Below are positions 1-8,625 of a stretch of 32,000 nucleotides of DNA, one piece after another. Source of the DNA: Desulfotalea psychrophila LSv54. GTDB lineage: Bacteria; Desulfobacterota; Desulfobulbia; Desulfobulbales; Desulfocapsaceae. Location of the stretch: NCBI RefSeq assembly GCF_000025945.1, contig NC_006138.1, positions 2,490,001 to 2,522,000 on the forward strand, in the 5' to 3' direction. Position 1 is the first letter of the stretch. Every line of letters begins with the position of its first letter. The notes below the pieces were generated by a model. That model made no database searches and had not been told where the DNA came from. It saw only the letters and a program-made list of their open reading frames with translations. Position numbers and translations under genes: made by a program.

Positions 1-82
1 CATGCCCGAGGGCGGCAGTAGTTTTCCCCTTACCATTTCCTGTGAAAACTGCAAAAATACCCACTGCCATAACGGCCCCCAT
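1..82 (-). CDS. cobO: Partial N-terminus of cob(I)yrinic acid a,c-diamide adenosyltransferase (CobO/BtuR family)
   Basis: Minus-strand translation from ATG at 82 (or in-frame ATG at 70): MGAVMAVGIFAVFTGNGKGKTTAALGH..., the typical N-terminal P-loop TGNGKGKTTAALG of CobA/CobO/BtuR. Runs off the left edge and is absent from the ORF track. Confidence 0.8.
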   Translation of the reverse strand, partial: MGAVMAVGIFAVFTGNGKGKTTAALGH

Positions 83-107
83 CTGTTTATGATTTTAGCA
101 TAGGCCA

Positions 108-147
108 TAAAAAAAGGAGGTTACTCCCAAGCGGGAACAACCTCCTT
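108..147 (-). terminator. Rho-independent terminator downstream of hup
   Basis: Inverted repeat AAGGAGGTT (114-122) / AACCTCCTT (139-147), with an A-run on the left that becomes a U-tract on the minus strand. Confidence 0.8.
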
Positions 148-260
148 ACAGAGCAAATCTGTCAAAACCAGCGCCATGCCACTACAAAAAAATGAGCACC
201 ACGGCATACTACAAACAAAGCGCTCTTCAGCTAGGGAAGCCTTAGAGGCCAAAGACAATT

Positions 261-533
261 TTAGTTAATTGCCTCGGACAGCTTGCTTCCAGCTTTAAAC
301 TTAGCAATGTTTTTCGCAGGTATTTTAATAACTTCGTTGGTTCTTGGATTTCTTCCGTCACGAGCTTCGCGCTTAGACACTGAAAAAGTTCCAAAGCCTA
401 CCAGAGTAACCTTGTCACCTTTCTTCAAAGTCTCGGCAATTGCAGCCAAAGTTCCGTTCAATGCTTTTTCAGCGGCACCCTTGCTGATATCGGCTGCATC
501 TGCAATACTCTCGATAAGTTCCTTTTTGTTCAT
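261..533 (-). CDS. hup: HU family DNA-binding protein
   Basis: MNKKELIESIADAADISKGAAEKALNGTLAAIAETLKKGDKVTLVGFGTFSVSKREARDGRNPRTNEVIKIPA; canonical HU/IHF fold with GFGTF and GRNPRT motifs. Confidence 0.97.
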   Translation of the reverse strand: MNKKELIESIADAADISKGAAEKALNGTLAAIAETLKKGDKVTLVGFGTFSVSKREARDGRNPRTNEVIKIPAKNIAKFKAGSKLSEAIN

Positions 534-758
534 GAATTCCTCCCAACTAAAAGCTCATTGCGTAATAACAGGAGAACTGATCCTCTCCCATTTTAGAATT
601 GACCTGCTTGAAATTCTTAGTATTTCTAGCAAGGCCAGCTGATTAACTTAAGTGCAAATCACCTTAATTGAATAAATGTCCATATTCAAGCATAAAATGA
701 TATTTTAGCTAAGCTATCCCCCGAAAAACCACGATTCTCTATAGGGGAGATGCAAACT

Positions 759-1556
759 CTACGACTGCCTACCGAGACAATCGACGAAGACACTATTAAA
801 ACCCATTTTTGTGAAGAATGACAAGGTTTTTTCACGCATATTTCTCTGCATTGCCAGAATAATATCTTTTTCCTGCAGCTGGAGGAGAACCATATCGGCC
901 CGAGGCTGCACTCGACAACCGGAAAAGCCAAGCCCCTGCAAGAATCTTTCACCCTGTTCTATGGAGGTTAACAGGTTCAGGCTAATCTTCGTGCCCCTCT
1001 CGATACGAGTTGCCAGGCATGAGTTAGAGCTAAGATTCCAATTAGCTAAGCCATGCTTTTTGGCAAGAAGACGAATTTCACCTTTGACCAGGCCTACCTC
1101 GGCAAGTGGTCGCGCTACCTCTTCCTCGATAAGGGCCTGAAGCCCGGGTCTATCCGCCTCTAAATCGCTTTTATTGGTGCCGTCAAGTAACTGGATTAAT
1201 ACTTCCCCTTGGCCACTGGATAGAGAGGTCTTAAGGGCTCTATACATATTTTTCTTACAAATATAACAACGCTCCCTGCCATTATTAACAAATTGATTCC
1301 ACTGCATGGGGTCAAGGATAAGCTTATGAGCCACACAGGAGTTGCCAAATTGCAGGGCCAAAAAGGCATCTACTCTTTTTGCAAAAAATTCATCCTGCAG
1401 GGAAGAAATAACAGTTACAACATGCACCTTTGACGGGCCCAGCGCCTGTCTCGCTGCATGGAGAAGAAAGCTTGAATCAATCCCGCCAGAAAAGGCAACA
1501 GCCACCTGAGGGTATTTTTTTATTGTCTGCAACAACCTTCTATATTTTTCTTCCAT
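759..1556 (-). CDS. larE: ATP-dependent sacrificial sulfur transferase LarE-like (PP-loop)
   Basis: PP-loop motif VAFSGGIDSSFLL, RCYICKKNMY, NSSNSCLATRIERG. The track start at 1643 is probably too long; ATG at 1556 (MEEKYRRLLQ) fits the family better. Confidence 0.85.
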   Translation of the reverse strand: MEEKYRRLLQTIKKYPQVAVAFSGGIDSSFLLHAARQALGPSKVHVVTVISSLQDEFFAKRVDAFLALQFGNSCVAHKLILDPMQWNQFVNNGRERCYICKKNMYRALKTSLSSGQGEVLIQLLDGTNKSDLEADRPGLQALIEEEVARPLAEVGLVKGEIRLLAKKHGLANWNLSSNSCLATRIERGTKISLNLLTSIEQGERFLQGLGFSGCRVQPRADMVLLQLQEKDIILAMQRNMREKTLSFFTKMGFNSVFVDCLGRQS

Positions 1557-1692
1557 AATCATCCCCTTGGCCAAGATATTGCCACTTGGCCGTCTGCAAA
1601 TATGCTTGACATAGCTGGAGCTATCCCCTAATCTGACTGGCATAATAATATCTTATAAGCTCTTTTAAAAATGGTCATTAAATTACGGTAAT

Positions 1693-2799
1693 ATGAAACA
1701 AGACTCCAATATACCAAAGGTACGAGAATCCATAGATACAATTGATAATAGTATCTTGGAATTACTTAAAAAACGAATCGGTCTCGCTAAGGAGATTGGT
1801 AGACTCAAAAGCGAAGATAACAGGTCAAAATGGGATCCTCTCAGAGAACGTGAGATCTATGAACGACTTATCACCAGTAATGAGGGTGATTTTCCAGATG
1901 AATCACTTCGCTCGATCTTTCATGAAATAATAACCACCTGCAGACTATCGCAAAAAAAAGCAGTGGTAGCCTATCTCGGGCCGGAGGCCACCTTTTCTCA
2001 CCTTGCCGGAGTAAAGTACTTTGGTCACTCTACAGACTATAAACCCCTTGAAACCATTGACGAGGTGTTTGCCGAGGTGGAAAAAGGCCGGGTTCAGTAC
2101 GGTATAGTTCCGGTGGAGAACTCAATTGAAGGGGCCGTTTTCTCCACCCTCGATTCTTTTATGAAGTACAAGATTAAGATCTGTGGAGAGATGCAACTGG
2201 CCATCTCCCATAATCTTGTCTGTAAATCTGGAAATATCGAGGATATTCAGACGGTAGCCTCCCACAATCAACCCCTTGCCCAGTGTCGGGATTGGTTACG
2301 TAAGCATCTGCCCAACACCCCCACCCTGCCTGTCTTCTCCACGGGTCTTGCCGCAAAAATGGCGGCTGATAATCCCAATATAGGGGCAATAGCATCCTCT
2401 CTTGCCATCAGCACCTACGATCTTCAGGTCGTGGTTAAGGGCATTGAGGATTATGAGGGAAATACTACCCGGTTCTTAATCATTGGTAAGGAGTCACCGG
2501 GCATCAGCGGCCGCGATCGCACCTCCCTTCTCATTGGCCTGATGGATCGACCTGGAGCCCTTAATGAGATACTGTCAGTTCTCTCAGAAGAGGGCATCAA
2601 CCTGGCCAAGATTGAATCCCGACCAATCAAGGGTAAACAGTGGAAGTACCTATTCTTCCTTGATATGATTGGCCATATAGAGGATGAGCAGATCAAGAGG
2701 GGCTGTGCCCGTCTCAAGCAGGAGTGCTCATATTTCGAATGGCTCGGTTCCTACCCGCAGGACGAGAATAGCCTCGAGTATTCACCCGCCAATCCGTGA
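1693..2799 (+). CDS. pheA: Bifunctional chorismate mutase / prephenate dehydratase
   Basis: N-terminal chorismate mutase helix (RESIDTIDNSILELLKKRIGLAKEIGRLK), then PDT (VAYLGPEATFSHLAGVKYFG; VENSIEGAV) and a C-terminal ACT domain (ESRPIKGKQWKYLFFLD). Confidence 0.96.
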   Translation: MKQDSNIPKVRESIDTIDNSILELLKKRIGLAKEIGRLKSEDNRSKWDPLREREIYERLITSNEGDFPDESLRSIFHEIITTCRLSQKKAVVAYLGPEATFSHLAGVKYFGHSTDYKPLETIDEVFAEVEKGRVQYGIVPVENSIEGAVFSTLDSFMKYKIKICGEMQLAISHNLVCKSGNIEDIQTVASHNQPLAQCRDWLRKHLPNTPTLPVFSTGLAAKMAADNPNIGAIASSLAISTYDLQVVVKGIEDYEGNTTRFLIIGKESPGISGRDRTSLLIGLMDRPGALNEILSVLSEEGINLAKIESRPIKGKQWKYLFFLDMIGHIEDEQIKRGCARLKQECSYFEWLGSYPQDENSLEYSPANP

Positions 2800-3828
2800 C
2801 ATTTGGCCACTGCACTTTTCGCCATCTTCCGGGCCATTTCCATCAAAGGAGTGGCCCTTTGGTTTAGTGAGCACTGATTTTCGAATTATTGCCATTAACT
2901 CCTCATCGCTGCCACCGGTCCGGATAACCGACTTGAGATCTAACTCTTTATCGTTAAGCAGACAGGATCTTAATTTACCTTCAGAGGTAAGACGCAGACG
3001 ATTACACTGGTCACAGAAATGATGGCTGAGTGGACTGATAAAACCAATCTTGCCTGTTCTGCCATCTGCAGACGATATATCATACATTTTTGCAGGTCCT
3101 GCTCCCTTTGCATGGTTACAGGGGGTTAACTGGGCTACGGTTTTTATATCTGCAATAATATCATCGACGGAGATAAATCGCTCCTTTTTCCAGCTGGTGG
3201 ATTCCCCCATGGGCATGAACTCTATAAAACGGACCTCAAAGTTGCGATCGAGGGCCAACTGGGCAAAATTTACAAATTCATCACTGTTGACGCCCTGCAT
3301 GGCAACCACGTTTATTTTAATGCAAAAGCCCAGCTCTTCCGCAGCGCAAATGCCCCGCCATACTTGAGCAAAGAGGTCCCGTTTAGTGATTTCGAAGAAT
3401 TTTTTCGCCTGAAGAGAATCAAGGGATATATTAAGTTGTCGCACTCCATACTGCCAGAGTCTCTCTGCATAATCGGCTAGCAAAACACCATTGGTGGTAA
3501 GCGACAGTTGCTCAAGGCCCCTATCTTTTTTAAGCTCTTGAATAAACTCAAGGACACCTCGTCTAACCAGTGGCTCGCCACCGGTTAGACGAATCTTCCG
3601 TATACCCATGGCAGTTGCCAAGCGGCTTACCCGGAGAATTTCTTCGTAGGTTAAAAGGTCTGCATGCTGTAGAATAACACCTGTTGTCGTATGTCTACCA
3701 TCTTCATCCTCTGGCATACAGTAGATACAACGGAGGTTGCAACGGTCCGTTAAGGATATTCTTAAATAGGAAATATTACGGTCATATTTATCCACAAGAG
3801 GCAGTGGGGAAGGCTGTTGTTTGAGCAC
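2782..3828 (-). CDS. moaA: GTP 3',8-cyclase MoaA (molybdopterin cofactor biosynthesis)
   Basis: Radical SAM motif LRISLTDRCNLRCIYCMP, C-terminal HFCDQCNRLRLTSEGKLRSCLL, terminal MSRIGG. The track start (4008) adds about 60 non-conserved residues; GTG at 3828 is preceded by AGGAG. Confidence 0.95.
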   Translation of the reverse strand: MLKQQPSPLPLVDKYDRNISYLRISLTDRCNLRCIYCMPEDEDGRHTTTGVILQHADLLTYEEILRVSRLATAMGIRKIRLTGGEPLVRRGVLEFIQELKKDRGLEQLSLTTNGVLLADYAERLWQYGVRQLNISLDSLQAKKFFEITKRDLFAQVWRGICAAEELGFCIKINVVAMQGVNSDEFVNFAQLALDRNFEVRFIEFMPMGESTSWKKERFISVDDIIADIKTVAQLTPCNHAKGAGPAKMYDISSADGRTGKIGFISPLSHHFCDQCNRLRLTSEGKLRSCLLNDKELDLKSVIRTGGSDEELMAIIRKSVLTKPKGHSFDGNGPEDGEKCSGQMSRIGG

Positions 3829-4029
3829 GATTTTTATTTCTCCTATACATGGGCAGGGGTAAAAGTTGACTTGCAAAGTACTCGCCAATATACTTTCATC
3901 CTTGATTTGATAATAAGCATATAGTACAGGATTGTTCTTAACGCTAGTGCATTTGAATTTCTTTTTAGAGAGATTTTTTTTTACAAAGATAGCCGGAATA
4001 CATTTCATATGTATTCCAGGAAGATAAAT

Positions 4030-5043
4030 ATGATAATATTAGGCATAGAAAGTTCCTGTGATGACACCTCTGCAGCCGTTGTAATAGACGGAACGGCAAT
4101 ACAGTCAAACGTCATCAGTGGTCAGGAAGAAATTCATAATTGTTTTGGAGGTGTTGTCCCTGAACTTGCCTCCAGAAGTCATCTCAGCGCCATCCAACCC
4201 GTTGTTGAAAAGGCCCTGTCTGACGCTAAGATCAGCCTTGATGATATTGATCTCATTGCTACCACCCAGGGGCCGGGATTGAGTGGCTCGCTGTTGGTGG
4301 GCTATTCCTACGCTAAATCCCTCTCTCTGGTGAAAAAGATTCCCTTTGTCGGAGTAGATCATATGGCAGGTCATGCTCTTGCCATCCTCTTGGAGGAAGA
4401 GACCCCAGATTTTCCCTTTATCGCCCTCACCGCCTCCGGTGGCACCTCGTCAATTTTTTTGGTGAAGAGTAGTACGGATTTTGAGCTTCTGGGGCGCACC
4501 CGCGATGATGCAGCAGGCGAGGCCTTTGACAAGGTTGCCAAGGTCCTGGGCCTTCCCTATCCGGGAGGTCCCCATATCGCAGCCCATGCAGAGACGGGCG
4601 ATGAAAAAAGTATCAAATTCCCCAGAGCATGGCTGGATAAGGATGGTTTTGACTTCAGCTTTAGTGGCTTGAAGACAGCTGTTCTTAATTATCACAATAA
4701 AATTGTGCAAAAAAATGGTAGTATTACAAAAGAAGAAAGGGCTGATATCTGTGCCTCTTTCCAACAGGCTGTTATAGATGTTTTAGTGACTAAAACTATT
4801 AATGCAGCAAGGACACATGGTATTTCAACAGTCGTCCTCGGTGGAGGGGTCTCCTCCAACAGGGCCCTGCGCCTGGCCTTTTCCCATGAGTGCGATAAAT
4901 GTAAGCTTCAATTTTTTGTTCCGGCAGCAAAGCTCTGTACAGACAATGCAGCAATGATTGCCGTTGCCGGCTATCATAAATACCTGCGTTTTGGACCTGG
5001 TAATCTAAGCGATGACGTTTATTCACGTTCACAACTGGGATAG
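4030..5043 (+). CDS. tsaD: tRNA N6-adenosine threonylcarbamoyltransferase TsaD
   Basis: MIILGIESSCDDTSAAVV, TQGPGLSGSLLVG, GVDHMAGHALA, VVLGGGVSSNRALR. Start at 4030 preferred (AGGA upstream). Confidence 0.98.
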   Translation: MIILGIESSCDDTSAAVVIDGTAIQSNVISGQEEIHNCFGGVVPELASRSHLSAIQPVVEKALSDAKISLDDIDLIATTQGPGLSGSLLVGYSYAKSLSLVKKIPFVGVDHMAGHALAILLEEETPDFPFIALTASGGTSSIFLVKSSTDFELLGRTRDDAAGEAFDKVAKVLGLPYPGGPHIAAHAETGDEKSIKFPRAWLDKDGFDFSFSGLKTAVLNYHNKIVQKNGSITKEERADICASFQQAVIDVLVTKTINAARTHGISTVVLGGGVSSNRALRLAFSHECDKCKLQFFVPAAKLCTDNAAMIAVAGYHKYLRFGPGNLSDDVYSRSQLG

Positions 5044-5049
5044 GTCTGA

Positions 5050-5544
5050 ATGAATTTAAAACGTACTGGCAGATATTTTTTTCTTCGAATAATACGGTTA
5101 AGAGGAAAACCTTATTTTGTGGCAGGCGGCATTTTTTGGGGGATTTTTATCGGTTTGACACCCATTGTCCCCCTGCATACCATCATAATAATTGCGCTTA
5201 CCCTTGCAACGAGAACCTCTACCGCTGCCGGTATTATTTTCAGTTGGCTTGCCTGCAACCCCTTAACCTTTTTTCCCATCTATTATCTTTCTGTTTATTT
5301 CGGAAATAAAGTAACCCCGTACCACTTAGATTCAGCGAAGATCTATTCTATTATGAAGATGTTTGAGCAGGCAGATGGCTTTATTGCCTCAATCTATATT
5401 CTCCTTGATCAGGGTTATCAAACCATTACCCTGCTTGTTGCCGGCGGAGCGGTATTTGCCCTTCCCCTCGGCTTGATGGGTTACTTTATTTCCTTAAAAA
5501 TTTTTTCTATAACACAACAAAAAAGGACCTCTGACAGAGGTTAG
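5050..5544 (+). CDS. DUF2062 domain-containing membrane protein
   Basis: GIFWGIFIGLTPIVPLHTIIIIALTLATRTSTAAGI...NPLTFFPIYYLSVYFG; hydrophobic, with typical DUF2062 GxxxGxxP pattern; between tsaD and rsmA. Confidence 0.8.
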   Translation: MNLKRTGRYFFLRIIRLRGKPYFVAGGIFWGIFIGLTPIVPLHTIIIIALTLATRTSTAAGIIFSWLACNPLTFFPIYYLSVYFGNKVTPYHLDSAKIYSIMKMFEQADGFIASIYILLDQGYQTITLLVAGGAVFALPLGLMGYFISLKIFSITQQKRTSDRG

Positions 5545-5551
5545 AGATATT

Positions 5552-6439
5552 ATGAGTAGTTACGGAAGAACCCGCACCGACCTTAAGAAACATAAGCTTG
5601 CTCCCAAAAAACGCTTTGGGCAAAACTTTCTTGTCCATAAACAGACAGCAGAGGCCATTGTCCGCGCAGGCGAGGTAGGCGAAGACGATATCATTACAGA
5701 AATTGGTGTTGGTCTCGGAGCCCTGACGGTGCCCATGGCCCATCAGGCCAAACATGTCTATGGCATAGAAATTGACAATGGTATTATTAAATACCACGAA
5801 GAGGAACAGGATTTACCTGATAATGTTACCCTTATTCATCAGGATGTGCTTAAGGTAGGTTTTGGCGACCTTGCGGAAAAATGCGGTGGCAAGCTCAAAA
5901 TTCTGGCGAATTTGCCCTACTCCATATCCCATCCGCTTATATTTAAACTCATTGAGCACAGGGATATCATACCCACTGCAACCATCATGTTGCAGGAGGA
6001 GGTGGCAGACCGTCTCCTGGCCAAGCCTGGTACCAAGGAATATGGTATTCCTACAATTCTTCTCGGCTGCTGTGCCTCCATCAAAAAGAAGATGGTGCTG
6101 AAGCCGGCAGAATTTCATCCGCGACCAAAGATTGACTCTGCGGTTATTACAGTCGATTTTACTAAACCGCCAGAGCTCCCTGAGTACAATAAAGAATTGC
6201 TCAGCCGCGTTGTCCGGAGCGCCTTCAGTCAGCGTCGTAAGACCATCCTTAACACCTTGAGCTCCGCATCATTTTTCTTTGCTGAAAAAGAAAATAAGGC
6301 CAAAAATAAAGCGATGACTGAAAAGACTATTGAAAAGGCGGGATTTGCCGTTAGCCTCCGGCCGGAGGTACTTTCCATCCAAGACTTTGTTCGGCTTACC
6401 ACCGTCTTTGAGCAGGAAATGAACAGGACAGAAGAATAA
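5552..6439 (+). CDS. rsmA: 16S rRNA (adenine1518/1519-N6)-dimethyltransferase
   Basis: APKKRFGQNFLVHKQTAEAIVRAGEV...ITEIGVGLGALTVPMA...LANLPYSISHPLIFKLIE; KsgA/RsmA hallmark motifs. Confidence 0.97.
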   Translation: MSSYGRTRTDLKKHKLAPKKRFGQNFLVHKQTAEAIVRAGEVGEDDIITEIGVGLGALTVPMAHQAKHVYGIEIDNGIIKYHEEEQDLPDNVTLIHQDVLKVGFGDLAEKCGGKLKILANLPYSISHPLIFKLIEHRDIIPTATIMLQEEVADRLLAKPGTKEYGIPTILLGCCASIKKKMVLKPAEFHPRPKIDSAVITVDFTKPPELPEYNKELLSRVVRSAFSQRRKTILNTLSSASFFFAEKENKAKNKAMTEKTIEKAGFAVSLRPEVLSIQDFVRLTTVFEQEMNRTEE

Positions 6440-6455
6440 TTCTACAAAGTGGTAC

Positions 6456-6488
6456 GGGGACATTTTTAGCTGAGCTAAAAATGTCCCC
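6456..6488. terminator. Perfect hairpin between convergent genes (bidirectional terminator candidate)
   Basis: GGGGACATTTTTAGC (6456-6470), loop TGA, GCTAAAAATGTCCCC (6474-6488): 15-bp perfect stem, but no clear external U-tract. Confidence 0.6.
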
Positions 6489-6502
6489 AAAGATTCTGCA
6501 TA

Positions 6503-7018
6503 TTACTTCTTCTCTTCACGCTCACCAAAGGGCGTTAAGTGGTGGGCGGCAGCAATGTCATAGGTTACGTAAAAATTTGCATAGGTTTTACCATAGGATG
6601 ATCCCGAACCATTTTTCAGCACAACCAGACAGGTCTTACTTGGTTTAGTAAAGGCCAGCATGACCTTATCGTAATCAGCCTCACCCACAAGATTCCAGCC
6701 CTTGTCTGCCATGGAGTTAGCAATATAATCGCGCAGAGAATGTAATTCTACCTTGCCCACATATTCATAAACTCCGCCCCGAAACGAACCTGTCCGAATG
6801 GCCATATTCTTTCCCTGCTTCATTTCAATGGGCAATTCGATATCCTCGTAACCGGCCAAAGATGCAGAAATTGGTGTCAACTCTTCATCGGAAATAGGCG
6901 GAGCCATTTCAGAGCCGGACTGTTGATTCTTCCAGTTATTACATCCGCCCAGAAACAAAAAACTCACGGCGCATAAGCAAATAATATTTTTTTTCAGAAT
7001 AAAAATTGAACTAGCCAT
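6503..7018 (-). CDS. Predicted lipoprotein of unknown function
   Basis: MASSIFILKKNIICLCAVSFLFLGGCNNWKN: signal peptide with lipobox LGGC. Start at 7018 is more sensible than the track start at 7105. Confidence 0.7.
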   Translation of the reverse strand: MASSIFILKKNIICLCAVSFLFLGGCNNWKNQQSGSEMAPPISDEELTPISASLAGYEDIELPIEMKQGKNMAIRTGSFRGGVYEYVGKVELHSLRDYIANSMADKGWNLVGEADYDKVMLAFTKPSKTCLVVLKNGSGSSYGKTYANFYVTYDIAAAHHLTPFGEREEKK

Positions 7019-7227
7019 AATTAACCCCCACATGGTATTTATAAACACTTGTAATAAGAAACTTAGATAGGAAGAGCGCCGGTAGAAATTACAGCGCCCC
7101 ACCACACAATCCTTCCATTAGAAATGGTAGTTGAATTCTGCCTCATTGTCGAGATTTTTTATATAAAATATAAAAACATTACGGGGCTATGCCACTAATT
7201 TAAGGCTATTTTAAAACAGGGACAAAT

Positions 7228-7452
7228 ATGAATCAAGAAGTAACAGATGTTGTAGTAAGCGAACTCCCCATCCGCCTGGGCCAGTTCTTGAAACTAGCCA
7301 GTGCCGTGCAGGATGGATTTGAAGCAAAAATACATATCCAGGCAGGAACTGTCGAGGTAAACGGTGAAGTAGAAACACGACGAGGTTGCCAGCTTGCTCA
7401 AGATGACCTCGTTAGCTTTGATGGCCAGAGCTATAGACTCGTAATCAAATAA
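7228..7452 (+). CDS. Small RNA-binding S4 domain protein (YbcJ/YaaA-like)
   Basis: IRLGQFLKLASAVQDGFEAKIHIQAGTVEVNGEVETRRGCQLAQDDLVSFDGQSYRLV; canonical short S4-fold protein. Confidence 0.85.
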   Translation: MNQEVTDVVVSELPIRLGQFLKLASAVQDGFEAKIHIQAGTVEVNGEVETRRGCQLAQDDLVSFDGQSYRLVIK

Positions 7453-7483
7453 TATCTCATTTATATTTATAACAGGAGGTTAT

Positions 7484-8544
7484 ATGCGGTTTTTTTCTAT
7501 TTTTTGCTCTCTTTTTGCGGTGTTTCTCTATCATGCGCCGGCAAACGCAACAGCAAGTCAAGATATACGGGTCATATTTAGCAGCAATCTCCTGGGCCAG
7601 ATAGGTAATACTGGCTGAGCGATAAATAAGCTAGGCGGTCTGTCTAGGCATGCGTCACTCTTAAATAAACTCACTGCAGATTCAAGCAAGATCCCTATTA
7701 TTGTTGAATCGGGCAATCTACTCTTTAAAACATCCCAGAGTTCAAAAAACACTCTGGCCCAAAAAAAGGCGCGAAAAATTGCCCGTGCCTTTAGAAAGAT
7801 GGGCTATACAGCTATTTGTGCAGGAAGTTTTGACTTGGCTGGCCACTATGCCGAAAGCATTGCCTTACCTCAAAATTCACAGATGCCATTTATTTCACTG
7901 AATATTGTGGGAGATGGGGAAAAAACATTCTTTACCCCATATACCACGGTAAAGGCGGGGAATCTTAATATTGGCATTACCGCCCTGAGCAAAAAGACCA
8001 AGGGTAAAGATCGGTTACTGGTTGATTCATGGCGGGCGGTACTGAAAAAACAGCTTCCTCTTATGAAGAAAAAGTTTGATTTTATCATTCTCCTCTCCGA
8101 GCTTTCCACCAGGAGAACATGGAAATAGCCAAATTTTACCCCGGGATAAACGTTATTATTAGTAGTGACCCCAAAATAAATAATCTCTCGCCAAGCCTTG
8201 TTGGCAAGACACTTATTACCCAGACCAAGACCATGGGACAATATCTCGGTGTGCTCGACATAACCCTCTCACCAAAAATAACTTGGAAGAGCAACTATTT
8301 TGCCCTTAATAATCTGGAGCGTAAAAAACAGATAAACGCCCACAAGATAAAAAGCATGCAAAAACAGGGGGGAAGTCAGGCAGAGTTAGGCCTCCTGCAA
8401 GAGGAACAGGCAGGGATACCGGCACAGATGAAAAAATTGCAACAAAGACTGAAGCAGCAGAAGGGCTCCAGCTATCAGGTAGAATTTGTACCTGTTTCGG
8501 AAATGCTCTTCGAAGATTCCGTCGTCAAGGCTATCATCGACTAA
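7484..8544 (+). pseudogene. Secreted metallophosphoesterase/5'-nucleotidase-like protein interrupted by one in-frame UGA (7616-7618) and one probable -1 frameshift (~8105-8110); candidate selenoprotein or pseudogene
   Basis: Strong SD (AGGAGG) before ATG at 7484. Frame: MRFFSIFCSLFAVFLYHAPANATASQDIRVIFSSNLLGQIGNTG-[UGA]-AINKLGGLSRHASLLNKLTADSSKIPIIVESGNLLF...KMGYTAICAGSFDLAG...FDFIILLSEL, then continuing in the other frame as HQENMEIAKFYPGINVIISSDPK...VGKTLITQTKTMGQYLGVLDITL. No other stop between 7484 and 8125. Confidence 0.75.
7631..7647 (+). promoter_or_regulatory. Bacterial SECIS-like hairpin just downstream of the in-frame UGA
   Basis: CTAGGC (7631-7636), loop GGTCT (7637-7641), GTCTAG (7642-7647): 6 bp including one G-U. 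The GGU starts 19 nt after UGA, the spacing found in E. coli fdhF. Confidence 0.4.
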
Positions 8545-8574
8545 CTTTTCACAATACAATCTGACAAAAAAAAG

Positions 8575-8604
8575 GGGGCTGATGCAATGCATCAGCCCCT
8601 TTTT
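8575..8604. terminator. Bidirectional rho-independent terminator
   Basis: GGGGCTGATGC (8575-8585), AAT, GCATCAGCCCC (8589-8599), then T5; A-run on the other side (convergent genes). Confidence 0.9.
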
Positions 8605-8625
8605 CATACTACGGTCTAGAACTGA

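Noticed and set aside
283-642. 119-aa ORF on plus strand over hup
   Set aside because: Antisense to the clearly recognisable HU gene; composition is mirror-frame noise.
686-1140. ORFs 686..952 (-) and 811..1140 (+)
   Set aside because: Overlap larE in other frames and have no recognisable motifs.
7558-8241. ORFs 7558..7752 (-), 7701..7901 (+) and 7870..8241 (-)
   Set aside because: Off-frame or antisense shadows of the interrupted metallophosphoesterase-like gene, whose protein-like signal lies in the 7484 frame and then the 8119 frame.
8119-8544. Independent 141-aa gene starting at ATG 8119
   Set aside because: It reads as the C-terminal half of the upstream protein and begins mid-domain; a frameshift explains it better than a separate gene.
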